From Bacteroidota bacterium (GTDB taxonomy: Bacteria > Bacteroidota > Bacteroidia > Chitinophagales > Chitinophagaceae), in NCBI GenBank assembly GCA_046052505.1, contig JBJOMF010000153.1:1-47311 (forward strand): DNA of 47,311 nt, read 5' to 3'. Under the pieces are notes generated by a model. That model was not told the DNA's origin. It worked only from the letters and a program-made list of their open reading frames with translations, and ran no database searches. A program made the position numbers and the translations under genes. How positions within the stretch are numbered: the first letter of the stretch is position 1; the number at the start of each line of letters is the position of its first letter. Shown one piece after another: positions 29,269 through 37,936 of this stretch.

Positions 29269-30159
29269 TCAGGCCACTTCCTTCAACACCGCACGGGTAA
29301 GGTCTTCCTGCTGCAACTCGATCCGGCGGGTAATGTCGTGTAGCGATGAAAAACGCTGTACTGCATAAGGAATGGTATCCAGACCGGAAACGAAGCGCTG
29401 TATATAACTGTATATACCGATCAGGGTTCCGGCTTCAATCGAAGAGCCGGCCGTTTTCTCCGTCAGCAGGAGCGAAATACCGATTACAAACATAACGAGC
29501 ACCTCCATGAGACCGAAGTTCCACGCCTCCTGATCGCTGATCCGAATCTGCCAGCGACGCAGATTCTCATAATGTAGCCGGATCCGACGCTGGTCGCCAG
29601 CCGCGATCACATCCACCTGTTTTTCCAGTTCGTCATTCTTTAACCGATTGAGTCGTTTCATTCGTCTGCCATAAACCCAGCTGAGCAAAATGACCGGAAG
29701 AAGAATGGCCAGACAGACCAACACGACGGATGTATCATAAAAGAACAAAAGGAGAAGCGATCCGAAAATGCTGTAAGCCGCCTCGATGATATAGACCAGA
29801 TCAAATTCCAGAAAATCAACAAACTCCCGCGCGAGTGTAGAATGGGCACTGAGCCGTGATACATCTGACTTACCGAAACGTCGCGACAGGAAGCGGGTGA
29901 CCAAAGACGTGTATATGGCTGTATACGTTCTCGTATCCAGGCGGTGACGGATCATCCCGATCAGCAACCAGAACAAGTGAACTCCGGACAGCAATATCAA
30001 ACCCCGGTAACTACCGTCGATCAGGTCATTGATGGCCAAACCCAGGAAAAAGGGGCGGAGCAGGTTGCCGATCATTTCAAGCGTAAAAAGCGAATAGGTC
30101 AGTACCAGCCGGTATTTGTGCCGCAGCATGATCTGACGAAGGATGGCAAAGCGTGACAT
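29269..30159 (-). CDS. ABC transporter six-transmembrane domain-like membrane protein (no ATPase domain)
   Basis: 296 aa; about 6 hydrophobic helices; PFFLGLAINDL, DTRTYTAIY, AREFVDFLE, LNRLKNDELEKQV; no Walker motifs. Confidence 0.75.
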   Translation of the reverse strand: MSRFAILRQIMLRHKYRLVLTYSLFTLEMIGNLLRPFFLGLAINDLIDGSYRGLILLSGVHLFWLLIGMIRHRLDTRTYTAIYTSLVTRFLSRRFGKSDVSRLSAHSTLAREFVDFLEFDLVYIIEAAYSIFGSLLLLFFYDTSVVLVCLAILLPVILLSWVYGRRMKRLNRLKNDELEKQVDVIAAGDQRRIRLHYENLRRWQIRISDQEAWNFGLMEVLVMFVIGISLLLTEKTAGSSIEAGTLIGIYSYIQRFVSGLDTIPYAVQRFSSLHDITRRIELQQEDLTRAVLKEVA

Positions 30160-30246
30160 AAATTCGGATTATTACCAGTGTAACAGGAATTCCACCGGAT
30201 CAAAGTAAATAATGACATGGATTTGACCCGGCCCGATACAAGTCGT

Positions 30247-31674
30247 TTAAGCCTGATGCCGGCTTTCACGTGTCGTTAGGGAATTGTCTGGGTTGCCTTG
30301 AATTCTTCCCCTGCAGGCCGTTGAACCACACTGACAATCAAAGGGTTCCATGCTTTGATCCAAAAACTGGGCGTAATCCAAGGTAAGCTCCTCGCCGGAG
30401 CCAATATCGCGCAACGCGATCACATTCAGTCCGTCGAATGCAGCATTGGGAGTACAGCTGTGATTTTGCGGTGCCCACTGGGAGGGGTCCTCATCCCAAA
30501 GAATGAACAGTTCCCGGCTCAGGGGATAGGCATACCGACGAAAGAGCAGCTTTTCATCCTCACTCCAATTTGTGTCAACAAAGCGACGGGTGACGATCCG
30601 CTGGGATCGACCTTCCCCCCGAAAAAGTACCTCGCCCCGCTGGATCATCCGATTGGCATAAATGCCGTAACCGGAGATCGAATTCCCTTTGATAGAAAAG
30701 GGCCGGATCTTTCTCCGATGACGGGCCCGGCCTTCCTCGATGATATGATGAAGGAATCCGGATGGGCCGATGCCATCCTGCTTCAGGATATGATCGGCCG
30801 ATCCTTCGTATCCATTGGTATAAAAAACGGAACAGGTAAAGTTGATCTCCAGAAAAAAGATCTCCCCGTCAGCGGTCACCCGAAAATCCAGCCGGGCATA
30901 TCCCACACCGTTGAACCCTCGAAAGATCCGCTCCGCCGCCGCACGAAGGCCCTTCTCCAACACCGGGTCGGTACATGGCACGTTGCAATCGGGATGCAAT
31001 TCCGATGTCTTCAACGCATAGGTTTTGTAGGAAAGTCCCTTCGGAAACCGGTACTCGACCGGACGGAATACGGTACAACGTGCTCCGTCGGGATCGGCGG
31101 CCACCAGCACCGTGAACTCGCGCCCGTCGATATACTCCTCTGCCAGCAACGAAGAATATTCAGGCAACAGACTGCTGCATTGCTGCTCCAGCTCGGAGCG
31201 GTTTCTGACCAGGGAGTGGTCATCAATACCGAGACTGTCGCCCGCCTTGGCTGGCTTAACAAAAAGAGGGAATTGCAACTGGCGCTCGACCTGATCGAGA
31301 TCGTCCTGTCTGCTCACAAGTACATAACCCGGTGTACGCACGCCTTCACAATAGGCCACATACTTCATCAGCTCCTTTGGGGGATCGTATAGCAGGGGAG
31401 AGGGTCCGGTATAGGGAAGACCCAGCATCTCCAGGCTGTGGATCACATCGATGCTGGGTACCTCCCATTCGAGGTAGCCCTCGCAGAGATTAACATAGAT
31501 ATCATAGCCCGAACGCGATAAGTCTTTTAATTGACGGTAGGTGGTTAGTTTGTTGAGGAATACATGGTGCACCTCATCGCCGGGCAAGAGGGGCGAGAGG
31601 TCCCGCGGGGGGTCGTAATTCTTGTAGTCGACCCCCGTCGTGGAATAATCGGGCTGGAGCACACAAACTTTCAT
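30247..31674 (-). CDS. Ddl-like ATP-grasp ligase fused to C-terminal SET/post-SET methyltransferase domain
   Basis: ATP-grasp: GLPYTG, PLFVKPAKAGDSLGI, EEYIDGREFTV, GYARLDFR, FLEIN. SET: GYGIYA, NHSCTPN, GEELTLDY, post-SET CQCGSTACRG. Confidence 0.9.
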   Translation of the reverse strand: MKVCVLQPDYSTTGVDYKNYDPPRDLSPLLPGDEVHHVFLNKLTTYRQLKDLSRSGYDIYVNLCEGYLEWEVPSIDVIHSLEMLGLPYTGPSPLLYDPPKELMKYVAYCEGVRTPGYVLVSRQDDLDQVERQLQFPLFVKPAKAGDSLGIDDHSLVRNRSELEQQCSSLLPEYSSLLAEEYIDGREFTVLVAADPDGARCTVFRPVEYRFPKGLSYKTYALKTSELHPDCNVPCTDPVLEKGLRAAAERIFRGFNGVGYARLDFRVTADGEIFFLEINFTCSVFYTNGYEGSADHILKQDGIGPSGFLHHIIEEGRARHRRKIRPFSIKGNSISGYGIYANRMIQRGEVLFRGEGRSQRIVTRRFVDTNWSEDEKLLFRRYAYPLSRELFILWDEDPSQWAPQNHSCTPNAAFDGLNVIALRDIGSGEELTLDYAQFLDQSMEPFDCQCGSTACRGRIQGNPDNSLTTRESRHQA

Positions 31675-31710
31675 GCGGTACGAAACTATTCAATTCGTTG
31701 GAACAGACCT

Positions 31711-32883
31711 TCATTTACGTACCCGGGCAGGCAACTTCTTGGAACGGGAGGCGGCAGGACTGCGTCGGAGGGATCCGGTTTCGGTCCGAACACTGCGTCG
31801 AAGAGCGTCTCGCAGGATCTCAACGACGACATCGGGGAAACCCACACCGGATGCTTTCAGGATCGCCCCGATCGAGGTGTAGTTCTCATCCTCGCTGAGC
31901 CCGCACTGGGCATTCACCTCCAACAGGTATAATTTCCCGGTGGTCTGATCCTGCCGGATATCGATGCGGGTATATCCTGTACCTCCGCAGGCTTTAAAGG
32001 CCGCAAGGCTGACGGCTTTTAGAGCCGGAACCAAAGTCGGATCGACTGCGCGGTATTCATAAAAGTTTCCATTCCCGGGCATGGGCGTTTCCTCTTCATA
32101 GATCTCCCAGAGCCGGTCGAAGGACAGGAACTTTTCCGTATCGGGAAGAGAGGGATGAAAAACTCGCTCCACGGGTTCATAAACGTGGCAGTGCCCGGGT
32201 GCCTGTGCTGAACCGGTGATGAACGTAGTGAATTCGGGACCGGTGATGAACCGTTCCGCGATCAGCCCGTCTGCCAGGAGATTCCAGCCACGGTATCCCT
32301 CCCGGATCTCCGCAACACGGGTACGAAGGTCCGCATCGTTATGGACCACGTTTTTTACCGACACGCCCATACTTCCTCCTGATACGGCCGGCTTCAGGAT
32401 GAGCGGGGTCCCAACTCGCTGACAAAGCCCGCGCAGGGAACCGGGTTTATCGGTGACAACCCGCCACGGGGCATGCGGCACGCCCGCCTTATCAAAGGCC
32501 TTTTTCATCGGGATCTTGGAGGTCGTAAGCGCATAGAAAGCCGCATCTGCGCCGGTATGGATCAGTCCCGCACGCACCAGGGCGCGAATGACAGAGATCC
32601 CGGGTGCACCATTCACTTCGTCGCCATCGCAGAGATTCAATACCAGGGGGGTCTTGCCGTTCGAGCGGGCTGCCAGAGAGCGGATCTGCTCCCGGTGATC
32701 AGTCAGACAAACCGGCTGCCAGGTCCAATCGGCCTCCAGCGCCTCGAAGACAGCTGTGTATTCGCGGATGCTTTGGGTGAAATCATAGTAATACTGGAGA
32801 TGCGGGTCCTCCGATTCCAACCGGGGGGCCAACACCCAGATATGATAGGGTTTCAGCAACTGTATGGCTTCGGTTCTTGTCAT
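31711..32883 (-). CDS. Ddl-like ATP-grasp ligase
   Basis: VLNLCDGDE, LIHTGAD, LILKPAVSGGSMGV, ERFITGPEFT, GYTRIDIR, YLLEVNAQCG. Confidence 0.87.
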   Translation of the reverse strand: MTRTEAIQLLKPYHIWVLAPRLESEDPHLQYYYDFTQSIREYTAVFEALEADWTWQPVCLTDHREQIRSLAARSNGKTPLVLNLCDGDEVNGAPGISVIRALVRAGLIHTGADAAFYALTTSKIPMKKAFDKAGVPHAPWRVVTDKPGSLRGLCQRVGTPLILKPAVSGGSMGVSVKNVVHNDADLRTRVAEIREGYRGWNLLADGLIAERFITGPEFTTFITGSAQAPGHCHVYEPVERVFHPSLPDTEKFLSFDRLWEIYEEETPMPGNGNFYEYRAVDPTLVPALKAVSLAAFKACGGTGYTRIDIRQDQTTGKLYLLEVNAQCGLSEDENYTSIGAILKASGVGFPDVVVEILRDALRRSVRTETGSLRRSPAASRSKKLPARVRK

Positions 32884-32886
32884 GGG

Positions 32887-33396
32887 TCAGACAGCTTTTT
32901 CACGATTGACACGCCGGGTCAGCTGCCGGTGGATATGATCCGACAGTATATGACGGTTCAGCAGGTCCTGATCCAGGGAATAAGCACCCCGGACCTCACC
33001 GATACAATCAGGGCTTTTGCAATGACAGCGGAATGGCTGCGCCATCTTCCACTCGGTAGAGGGATAGAAAAAACAAAATTCATCCCCGGGAGCAACCGGA
33101 CTGAGCACGATCAGCTGCAAGGCCGAAAGATCGAACCGAAGGTTCGGAGCACAACTGTGATTGAGATATTGCAGATAAGCTGGCTCCAGTGCGATATGCC
33201 TTCGATGACCGATCTGTACGGTCAAATAGGTGGGCGTAGCCGTGATGATACCGGCTGAAAAATCAGAAAGGATATCCCCTGGCTGAAAGGATCGGAGCGC
33301 AAAAAGACCATGGTGCCCGGTGGACAGGTCCACTAGGACCTCTGCTGCATCATGCCGGCTGACCGTTCGGTATCCGGCAGGGGAGGAAGAAGACAT
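32887..33396 (-). CDS. Stand-alone SET domain methyltransferase with post-SET Cys motif
   Basis: GHHGLFA, YLNHSCAPN, GDEFCFFYP, CHCKSPDCIG; start placed at MSSSSP (33396), alternative 33465. Confidence 0.88.
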   Translation of the reverse strand: MSSSSPAGYRTVSRHDAAEVLVDLSTGHHGLFALRSFQPGDILSDFSAGIITATPTYLTVQIGHRRHIALEPAYLQYLNHSCAPNLRFDLSALQLIVLSPVAPGDEFCFFYPSTEWKMAQPFRCHCKSPDCIGEVRGAYSLDQDLLNRHILSDHIHRQLTRRVNREKAV

Positions 33397-33515
33397 GATG
33401 GGTCGGTAACAGCAATGAAGATATGCATTAATATCTTCCTGACAAGTAAGAACGATGGATCCCACCCATTCAAAACAGGCACTGGTTTGACGAGAACCCT
33501 ATGGTATTGCTTCGG

Positions 33516-33551
33516 AAAAAAAGGGGGATGCCTCCGCTTCATGCGGAGGCA
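33516..33551 (-). terminator. Intrinsic terminator after ssb
   Basis: Stem TGCCTCCGC-ttcat-GCGGAGGCA (33529-33551); the A7 run at 33516-33522 reads as a U-tract on the minus strand. Confidence 0.7.
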
Positions 33552-33575
33552 GATCCCGTAACCGGTCATCGCAGC

Positions 33576-33920
33576 TCACGCCCCATCCCGGGTGCCAAGC
33601 AAGAGCAACTCGTTCACCTGTATCTCGGTGACATACTTCTTGTTGCCCTCCTTGTCGTTGTAGCTCCGACTCACCAGCTTACCCTCGACGGCCACTTCCC
33701 GCCCTTTCGCAAGGAAGCGCTCGACGATCTCCGCGACTTTGCCCCACGCCACCAGGTTGTGCCACTGTGTTTCGGACACCTTCTCCCCGCTGGCATTCCG
33801 ATAGCTTTCATTCGTTGCCATCGAGAACCGGGCCATTTTTTTGCCACTGTCGAGCGTACGCACATCCGGAGCGCCCCCCAGATTGCCGATCAGCTGTACC
33901 TTGTTTCGCAATGCATTCAT
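33576..33920 (-). CDS. ssb: Single-stranded DNA-binding protein (short form)
   Basis: NKVQLIGNLG, FSMATNESY, ETQWHNLVAWGK, VAVEGKL, YVTEI. Confidence 0.95.
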   Translation of the reverse strand: MNALRNKVQLIGNLGGAPDVRTLDSGKKMARFSMATNESYRNASGEKVSETQWHNLVAWGKVAEIVERFLAKGREVAVEGKLVSRSYNDKEGNKKYVTEIQVNELLLLGTRDGA

Positions 33921-34138
33921 AATCCCAAAATTTGTGTTTCCGGTCCATGAAACCGGAGAACGGTTGATGAAAAAGGTTATTTCAGTCCGGCGGCGACGTC
34001 ACCTCCTACAGACAAGGCAAATATGTCCCCATTGATGGAAGATAACCGTATTCCAAGCGTTAATTCGCCTGTATAAATGTGTGTTGACACATGGAAAACC
34101 AAAGGCGGTACCAGTATTTTCGACACCCCTTGTGTTCT

Positions 34139-34525
34139 ATGATAGACGATCAGTACCGGAATTGTTTGGCCTGCGGCTCGGCCCTGAAAGGGCGGTCCGA
34201 CAAAAAATATTGCCACGACTACTGCCGCAATGCCTACCACAACCAGAAACGAAGCGCCCAGACCTGGCGCGAACAGATCCGCAGCATCAACAGAACACTT
34301 TGGAAAAACCGACAGGCATTGGAACGCCTGCTGCCACCCACCGAAACAGAGATACGGGTACACCGCGATCAACTGCTCGAAAGTGGTTTTCGGTTCCGGT
34401 TCCTCACCCATACCCTGACCGGTCACAACTCCACACACTGGCAAGGCTGCTATGACCTGGCCATTCTCCCGATCGGCAACAACCAATATCTTGTCGCCCG
34501 TCGGCCGGATCCTCATTTACTTTGA
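34139..34525 (+). CDS. Conserved hypothetical protein with N-terminal Zn ribbon
   Basis: CLACG...GRSDKKYCHDYCRNAYHN; start uncertain (34091 or 34139). Confidence 0.75.
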   Translation: MIDDQYRNCLACGSALKGRSDKKYCHDYCRNAYHNQKRSAQTWREQIRSINRTLWKNRQALERLLPPTETEIRVHRDQLLESGFRFRFLTHTLTGHNSTHWQGCYDLAILPIGNNQYLVARRPDPHLL

Positions 34526-34551
34526 GCCGGCTGTCACAGTCATTACATTTG
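34521..34551 (+). promoter_or_regulatory. Promoter of psuK-psuG (TTTG-N19-TACATTTG)
   Basis: Full Bacteroidota -33/-7 consensus ending 4 nt before ATG 34556. Confidence 0.7.
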
Positions 34552-34555
34552 CAGC

Positions 34556-35482
34556 ATGCCCGGACCCGTCATCTGCATCGGAGCCGCCTTCGTCGATGAA
34601 CTCTTCCATGCGAAGGAGGAAATGCTCCTCGCCACCACAAACAACGCTTCTGTGACCAAAACGGCCGGAGGCGTTAGCCGCAATATCGCACAGCAGCTGG
34701 CCCTGCTGGACGTACCGGTGCAGCTGATCAGCGTATTTGGAGACGACAGCGATGGCGACTGGCTGCGGCAGGGGTGCCGCAATTCCGGCGTAGCACTCGA
34801 TGCCTCACTGGTAACGCCCGGACTCAGCGGCAAATACACCGGCATCCTGAATGCAGACGGCTCCCTGTTCACCGCCTTTCTCACCAACGCTGCCACCCAC
34901 CTGCTCACCCCCGATTACCTCGCCGGACACAGCGATTTGTTACAGACCGCCTCATATCTCTTGGCTGATGCCAATGTCGATGTGGATACCGGACGCTGGT
35001 TGCTCGATTTCAGCCGACGGAATGGGATCCCCTTCATCCTTGAACCCGTATCCGTTCCCCCGGCTCGCAAATACCGGGAAGTCGACCTCGATGGCCTGCA
35101 CCTGATCACTCCGAACGAGGACGAACTGCCCGTACTCTGCTCGGATAAATCCGATCTGACACAATTGCAAGTGGAAGAGCTGCTCAGCCGCGGCATCGAA
35201 CAGATCTGGCTGCATAACGGCAAACAGGGCTCGGCGCTCTATTCAAGGAATAAAGCCTACTCGTTGCATGCACCGGATATTGAAGTGGTCGACTGCACGG
35301 GCGCTGGTGACGGATCACTGTCCGGATACCTCCTGGCCCGTCATCTCGGAAAAGAGGGGCTCGACTGCCTTAAACTGGCACATACCCTCTCCGCTGAGAT
35401 CCTGCAGGTGAACGGTGCGATCGCCACGCACCTGAACCAGCAAACCCTGCTGGAACTCGTGCCCAAATACTATCCCGACTGA
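34556..35482 (+). CDS. psuK: PfkB family kinase, probably pseudouridine kinase
   Basis: GGVSRNIAQQLA, VFGDDSDG, ITPNEDE, VVDCTGAGDG; stop overlaps the psuG start (TGATG). Confidence 0.8.
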   Translation: MPGPVICIGAAFVDELFHAKEEMLLATTNNASVTKTAGGVSRNIAQQLALLDVPVQLISVFGDDSDGDWLRQGCRNSGVALDASLVTPGLSGKYTGILNADGSLFTAFLTNAATHLLTPDYLAGHSDLLQTASYLLADANVDVDTGRWLLDFSRRNGIPFILEPVSVPPARKYREVDLDGLHLITPNEDELPVLCSDKSDLTQLQVEELLSRGIEQIWLHNGKQGSALYSRNKAYSLHAPDIEVVDCTGAGDGSLSGYLLARHLGKEGLDCLKLAHTLSAEILQVNGAIATHLNQQTLLELVPKYYPD

Positions 35483-36408
35483 TGCATTCACTGCTTTCCA
35501 TACACCCCGAGGTCCGTCAGGCATTGGCCGATAACAGACCGGTCGTAGCCCTGGAATCCACCATCATCTCGCATGGCATGCCCTGGCCGCAGAATATGGA
35601 GACCGCCCTGGCCGTGGAGGCGTTGGTGCGAGCGGAAGGGGCTGTACCAGCAACCATCGCTGTTATGAACGGGAAATGCCTCGTGGGGATACCACCGAAA
35701 GTGTTGGAGTCTTTGGCACAGACAAAAGGAGTTTGGAAAACGAGCCTGCGCGACCTGCCTTTTGTGATTTCCCAAGGAAAAACAGGCGCCACCACTGTGG
35801 CGGCCACCATGAGGATTGCCTCGCTGGCAGGCATACGCGTCTTTGTTACCGGAGGGATCGGCGGTGTTCACCGGGGTGCTGAGACCACCATGGATATTTC
35901 GGCCGACCTGACCGAGATGGCGCAGACCGCAGTAGCCATTGTATCAGCCGGGATCAAATCCATCCTTGACATCGGTCGCACGCTCGAATACCTGGAAACG
36001 CTGGGTATCCCCGTGGTAACGATCGGACAGGACGCCTTTCCCGGCTTCTACTCCAGCGACAGCGGACACCGATCCCCCCTGCGGATCGATACCCCTGAAG
36101 CGATCGCTGCATTGCTCCATACCAAGTGGTCACTGGGCCTGACGGGTTCTGTGTTGATAGCCAACCCGCTTCCTAAAGGACAGGATATACCCGCAGAAGT
36201 AATGGAGTCACATATTGAGGCCGCCATCCGGGCCGCCGAAACACAGGGGATACGCGGAAAAGAGGTGACCCCCTTTCTCCTGCAGTATATCGCCGAAAAC
36301 ACCCACGGGGAAAGCCTGGAAACCAATATAGCACTTATCAAACACAATGCTAAAACGGGAGCGGCCATCGCTAGGGCCTATACGAAAGACTCCGATACCG
36401 CGTTATAG
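35482..36408 (+). CDS. psuG: Pseudouridine-5'-phosphate glycosidase
   Basis: VVALESTIISHGMPWPQN, GATTVAATM, FVTGGIGGVHRG, DISADL, TLEYLET, GKEVTPFLL. Confidence 0.96.
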   Translation: MHSLLSIHPEVRQALADNRPVVALESTIISHGMPWPQNMETALAVEALVRAEGAVPATIAVMNGKCLVGIPPKVLESLAQTKGVWKTSLRDLPFVISQGKTGATTVAATMRIASLAGIRVFVTGGIGGVHRGAETTMDISADLTEMAQTAVAIVSAGIKSILDIGRTLEYLETLGIPVVTIGQDAFPGFYSSDSGHRSPLRIDTPEAIAALLHTKWSLGLTGSVLIANPLPKGQDIPAEVMESHIEAAIRAAETQGIRGKEVTPFLLQYIAENTHGESLETNIALIKHNAKTGAAIARAYTKDSDTAL

Positions 36409-36412
36409 GTCC

Positions 36413-37024
36413 ATGCGAACAGCCCTTCCCGTCCTGATCCTGCTTTACAGCACAACCCTGATTTCTTGCAAGGACCCGGAACCTGTACCTGCGCATACGG
36501 CCAATAAGCCCTCTGTTAAACGGGTGGTGAAACTCCTCCCGATCGGAAAAACCGACCCCTCTTTTGTCCGGTCCGTTCATCAACAGCTCCAACAATACCT
36601 GCCCGGAACCCAACTGCTGCCACCCGAAAAAATGCCGGCACATGCCTACTTCCGGCCGCGCAACCGATACCGCGCCGACAGCCTGATTCACTGGATGAGA
36701 AGCAAAGCCGGTCCGAATGAAGTCATTGCCGGGATCACACAACAGGATATCAGCGCAACCAAGGGAACCAATCCCGACAGCGGGGTCATGGGTCTCGGAT
36801 TTCAGCCGGGCCCGGCCTGTGTGGCCTCGTCCATCCGGTTGCGGAATAAATCAGCTTTTATAAAAATACTGGTACACGAACTGGGCCACACCTCCGGCCT
36901 GCCGCATTGTCCGGTAAAAACCTGTTTCATGCGCGATGCCAATGGCGGTAACCCCACGGCGGAAGAAACCGGTTTCTGTCCCTCCTGCAAGGCCTTCCTG
37001 ATCAAGGATGGCTGGAATCTGTAA
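36413..37024 (+). CDS. Archaemetzincin-like (M54) zinc metalloprotease lipoprotein
   Basis: Lipobox LISC; HELGHTSGLPHC-PVKT-CFM...FCPSC (HExxHxxGxxH plus four Cys); start MRTALP at 36413. Confidence 0.85.
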   Translation: MRTALPVLILLYSTTLISCKDPEPVPAHTANKPSVKRVVKLLPIGKTDPSFVRSVHQQLQQYLPGTQLLPPEKMPAHAYFRPRNRYRADSLIHWMRSKAGPNEVIAGITQQDISATKGTNPDSGVMGLGFQPGPACVASSIRLRNKSAFIKILVHELGHTSGLPHCPVKTCFMRDANGGNPTAEETGFCPSCKAFLIKDGWNL

Positions 37025-37075
37025 GTCGGGAATCATTCGCGGGGGATTCCGTAATTTCCCGGAAACCGTGACGGC

Positions 37076-37318
37076 ATGATCCGCATCTATGTGGCCGGAC
37101 TGGTGATCCTGGTATCGGCTATCGCCCTGAACCTATTGGCACAGCAACTATCCGTCATGGGGTGGTATGAATTCCTCACCCGCCTGCAAAAAGAAGGCAA
37201 GCAGCTTTTTCGGTCGATGAAAGCGGTCGACCCCCTTTGGCTTTTCCTGATCTATCCGCTGCTGTTGGGGGCATCGGGCTGGGGGGGATTCCGCCTGGGC
37301 GAATGGCTGCGGCCCTAA
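37076..37318 (+). CDS. Small hypothetical membrane protein (2 TM)
   Basis: 80 aa with two hydrophobic segments; fills the gap upstream of mobA. Confidence 0.7.
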   Translation: MIRIYVAGLVILVSAIALNLLAQQLSVMGWYEFLTRLQKEGKQLFRSMKAVDPLWLFLIYPLLLGASGWGGFRLGEWLRP

Positions 37319-37331
37319 ATACCCAACCCGC

Positions 37332-37910
37332 ATGTCACAAACAGAGGATGTGACCATATTGATACTGGCCGGAGGACGCAGCTCGCGCATGGGGCAGGAT
37401 AAAGGATGGCTGCCCTTTCGGGGGCGGCCGCTCGTTGAATCTGTGATCGGTGCTGCCCGCACCATCGGTTCAAAGATCCGGCTGATCACCGCAAACCCGG
37501 CATACGAATCACTCGGCTATCCTTGCCACGAAGACGAAATAACCGGTATGGGCCCCCTGGGAGGTATTCTTTCGGGATTGCGGCTATCGGATACGCGTAA
37601 GAACCTGGTACTGGGGTGTGATATGCCCTTTCTCTATCATAATTTATTGGCTTCTTTGGTCGAAGCGGCCGGTGAGGAGGATGTGCTGCTGACAGAACAC
37701 CGGGGTAAGGCTGAACCCCTTTGCAGCGTGTATGATGTGCGTTGCATTCCGACCATCGAGGGCGCCCTGAAGGCCGGCCGCCTGAAAGTCACCGATGCTC
37801 TGGAACAATTGAACGTGCGAACCATCAGCTTTGATGATGCGCCGTGGTTCCGGTCCGATTCGTTCGCCAACCTGAACACACTGGAAGCGTTGCAGAAATA
37901 CGATCAGTAA
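37332..37910 (+). CDS. mobA: Molybdenum cofactor guanylyltransferase
   Basis: ILAGGRSSRMGQDKG, GPLGGI, LGCDMPF, EPLCSVY, FANLNT. Confidence 0.93.
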   Translation: MSQTEDVTILILAGGRSSRMGQDKGWLPFRGRPLVESVIGAARTIGSKIRLITANPAYESLGYPCHEDEITGMGPLGGILSGLRLSDTRKNLVLGCDMPFLYHNLLASLVEAAGEEDVLLTEHRGKAEPLCSVYDVRCIPTIEGALKAGRLKVTDALEQLNVRTISFDDAPWFRSDSFANLNTLEALQKYDQ

Positions 37911-37936
37911 CCGAAAAACGAAACCACTTGTCGAAC

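Noticed and set aside
30247-32883. Vancomycin-resistance ligases (vanA/B-like) or housekeeping ddl
   Set aside because: No vanH/X/R/S or mur/fts context; the GGxSxE and EVNTxPG signatures are absent; one copy is fused to SET
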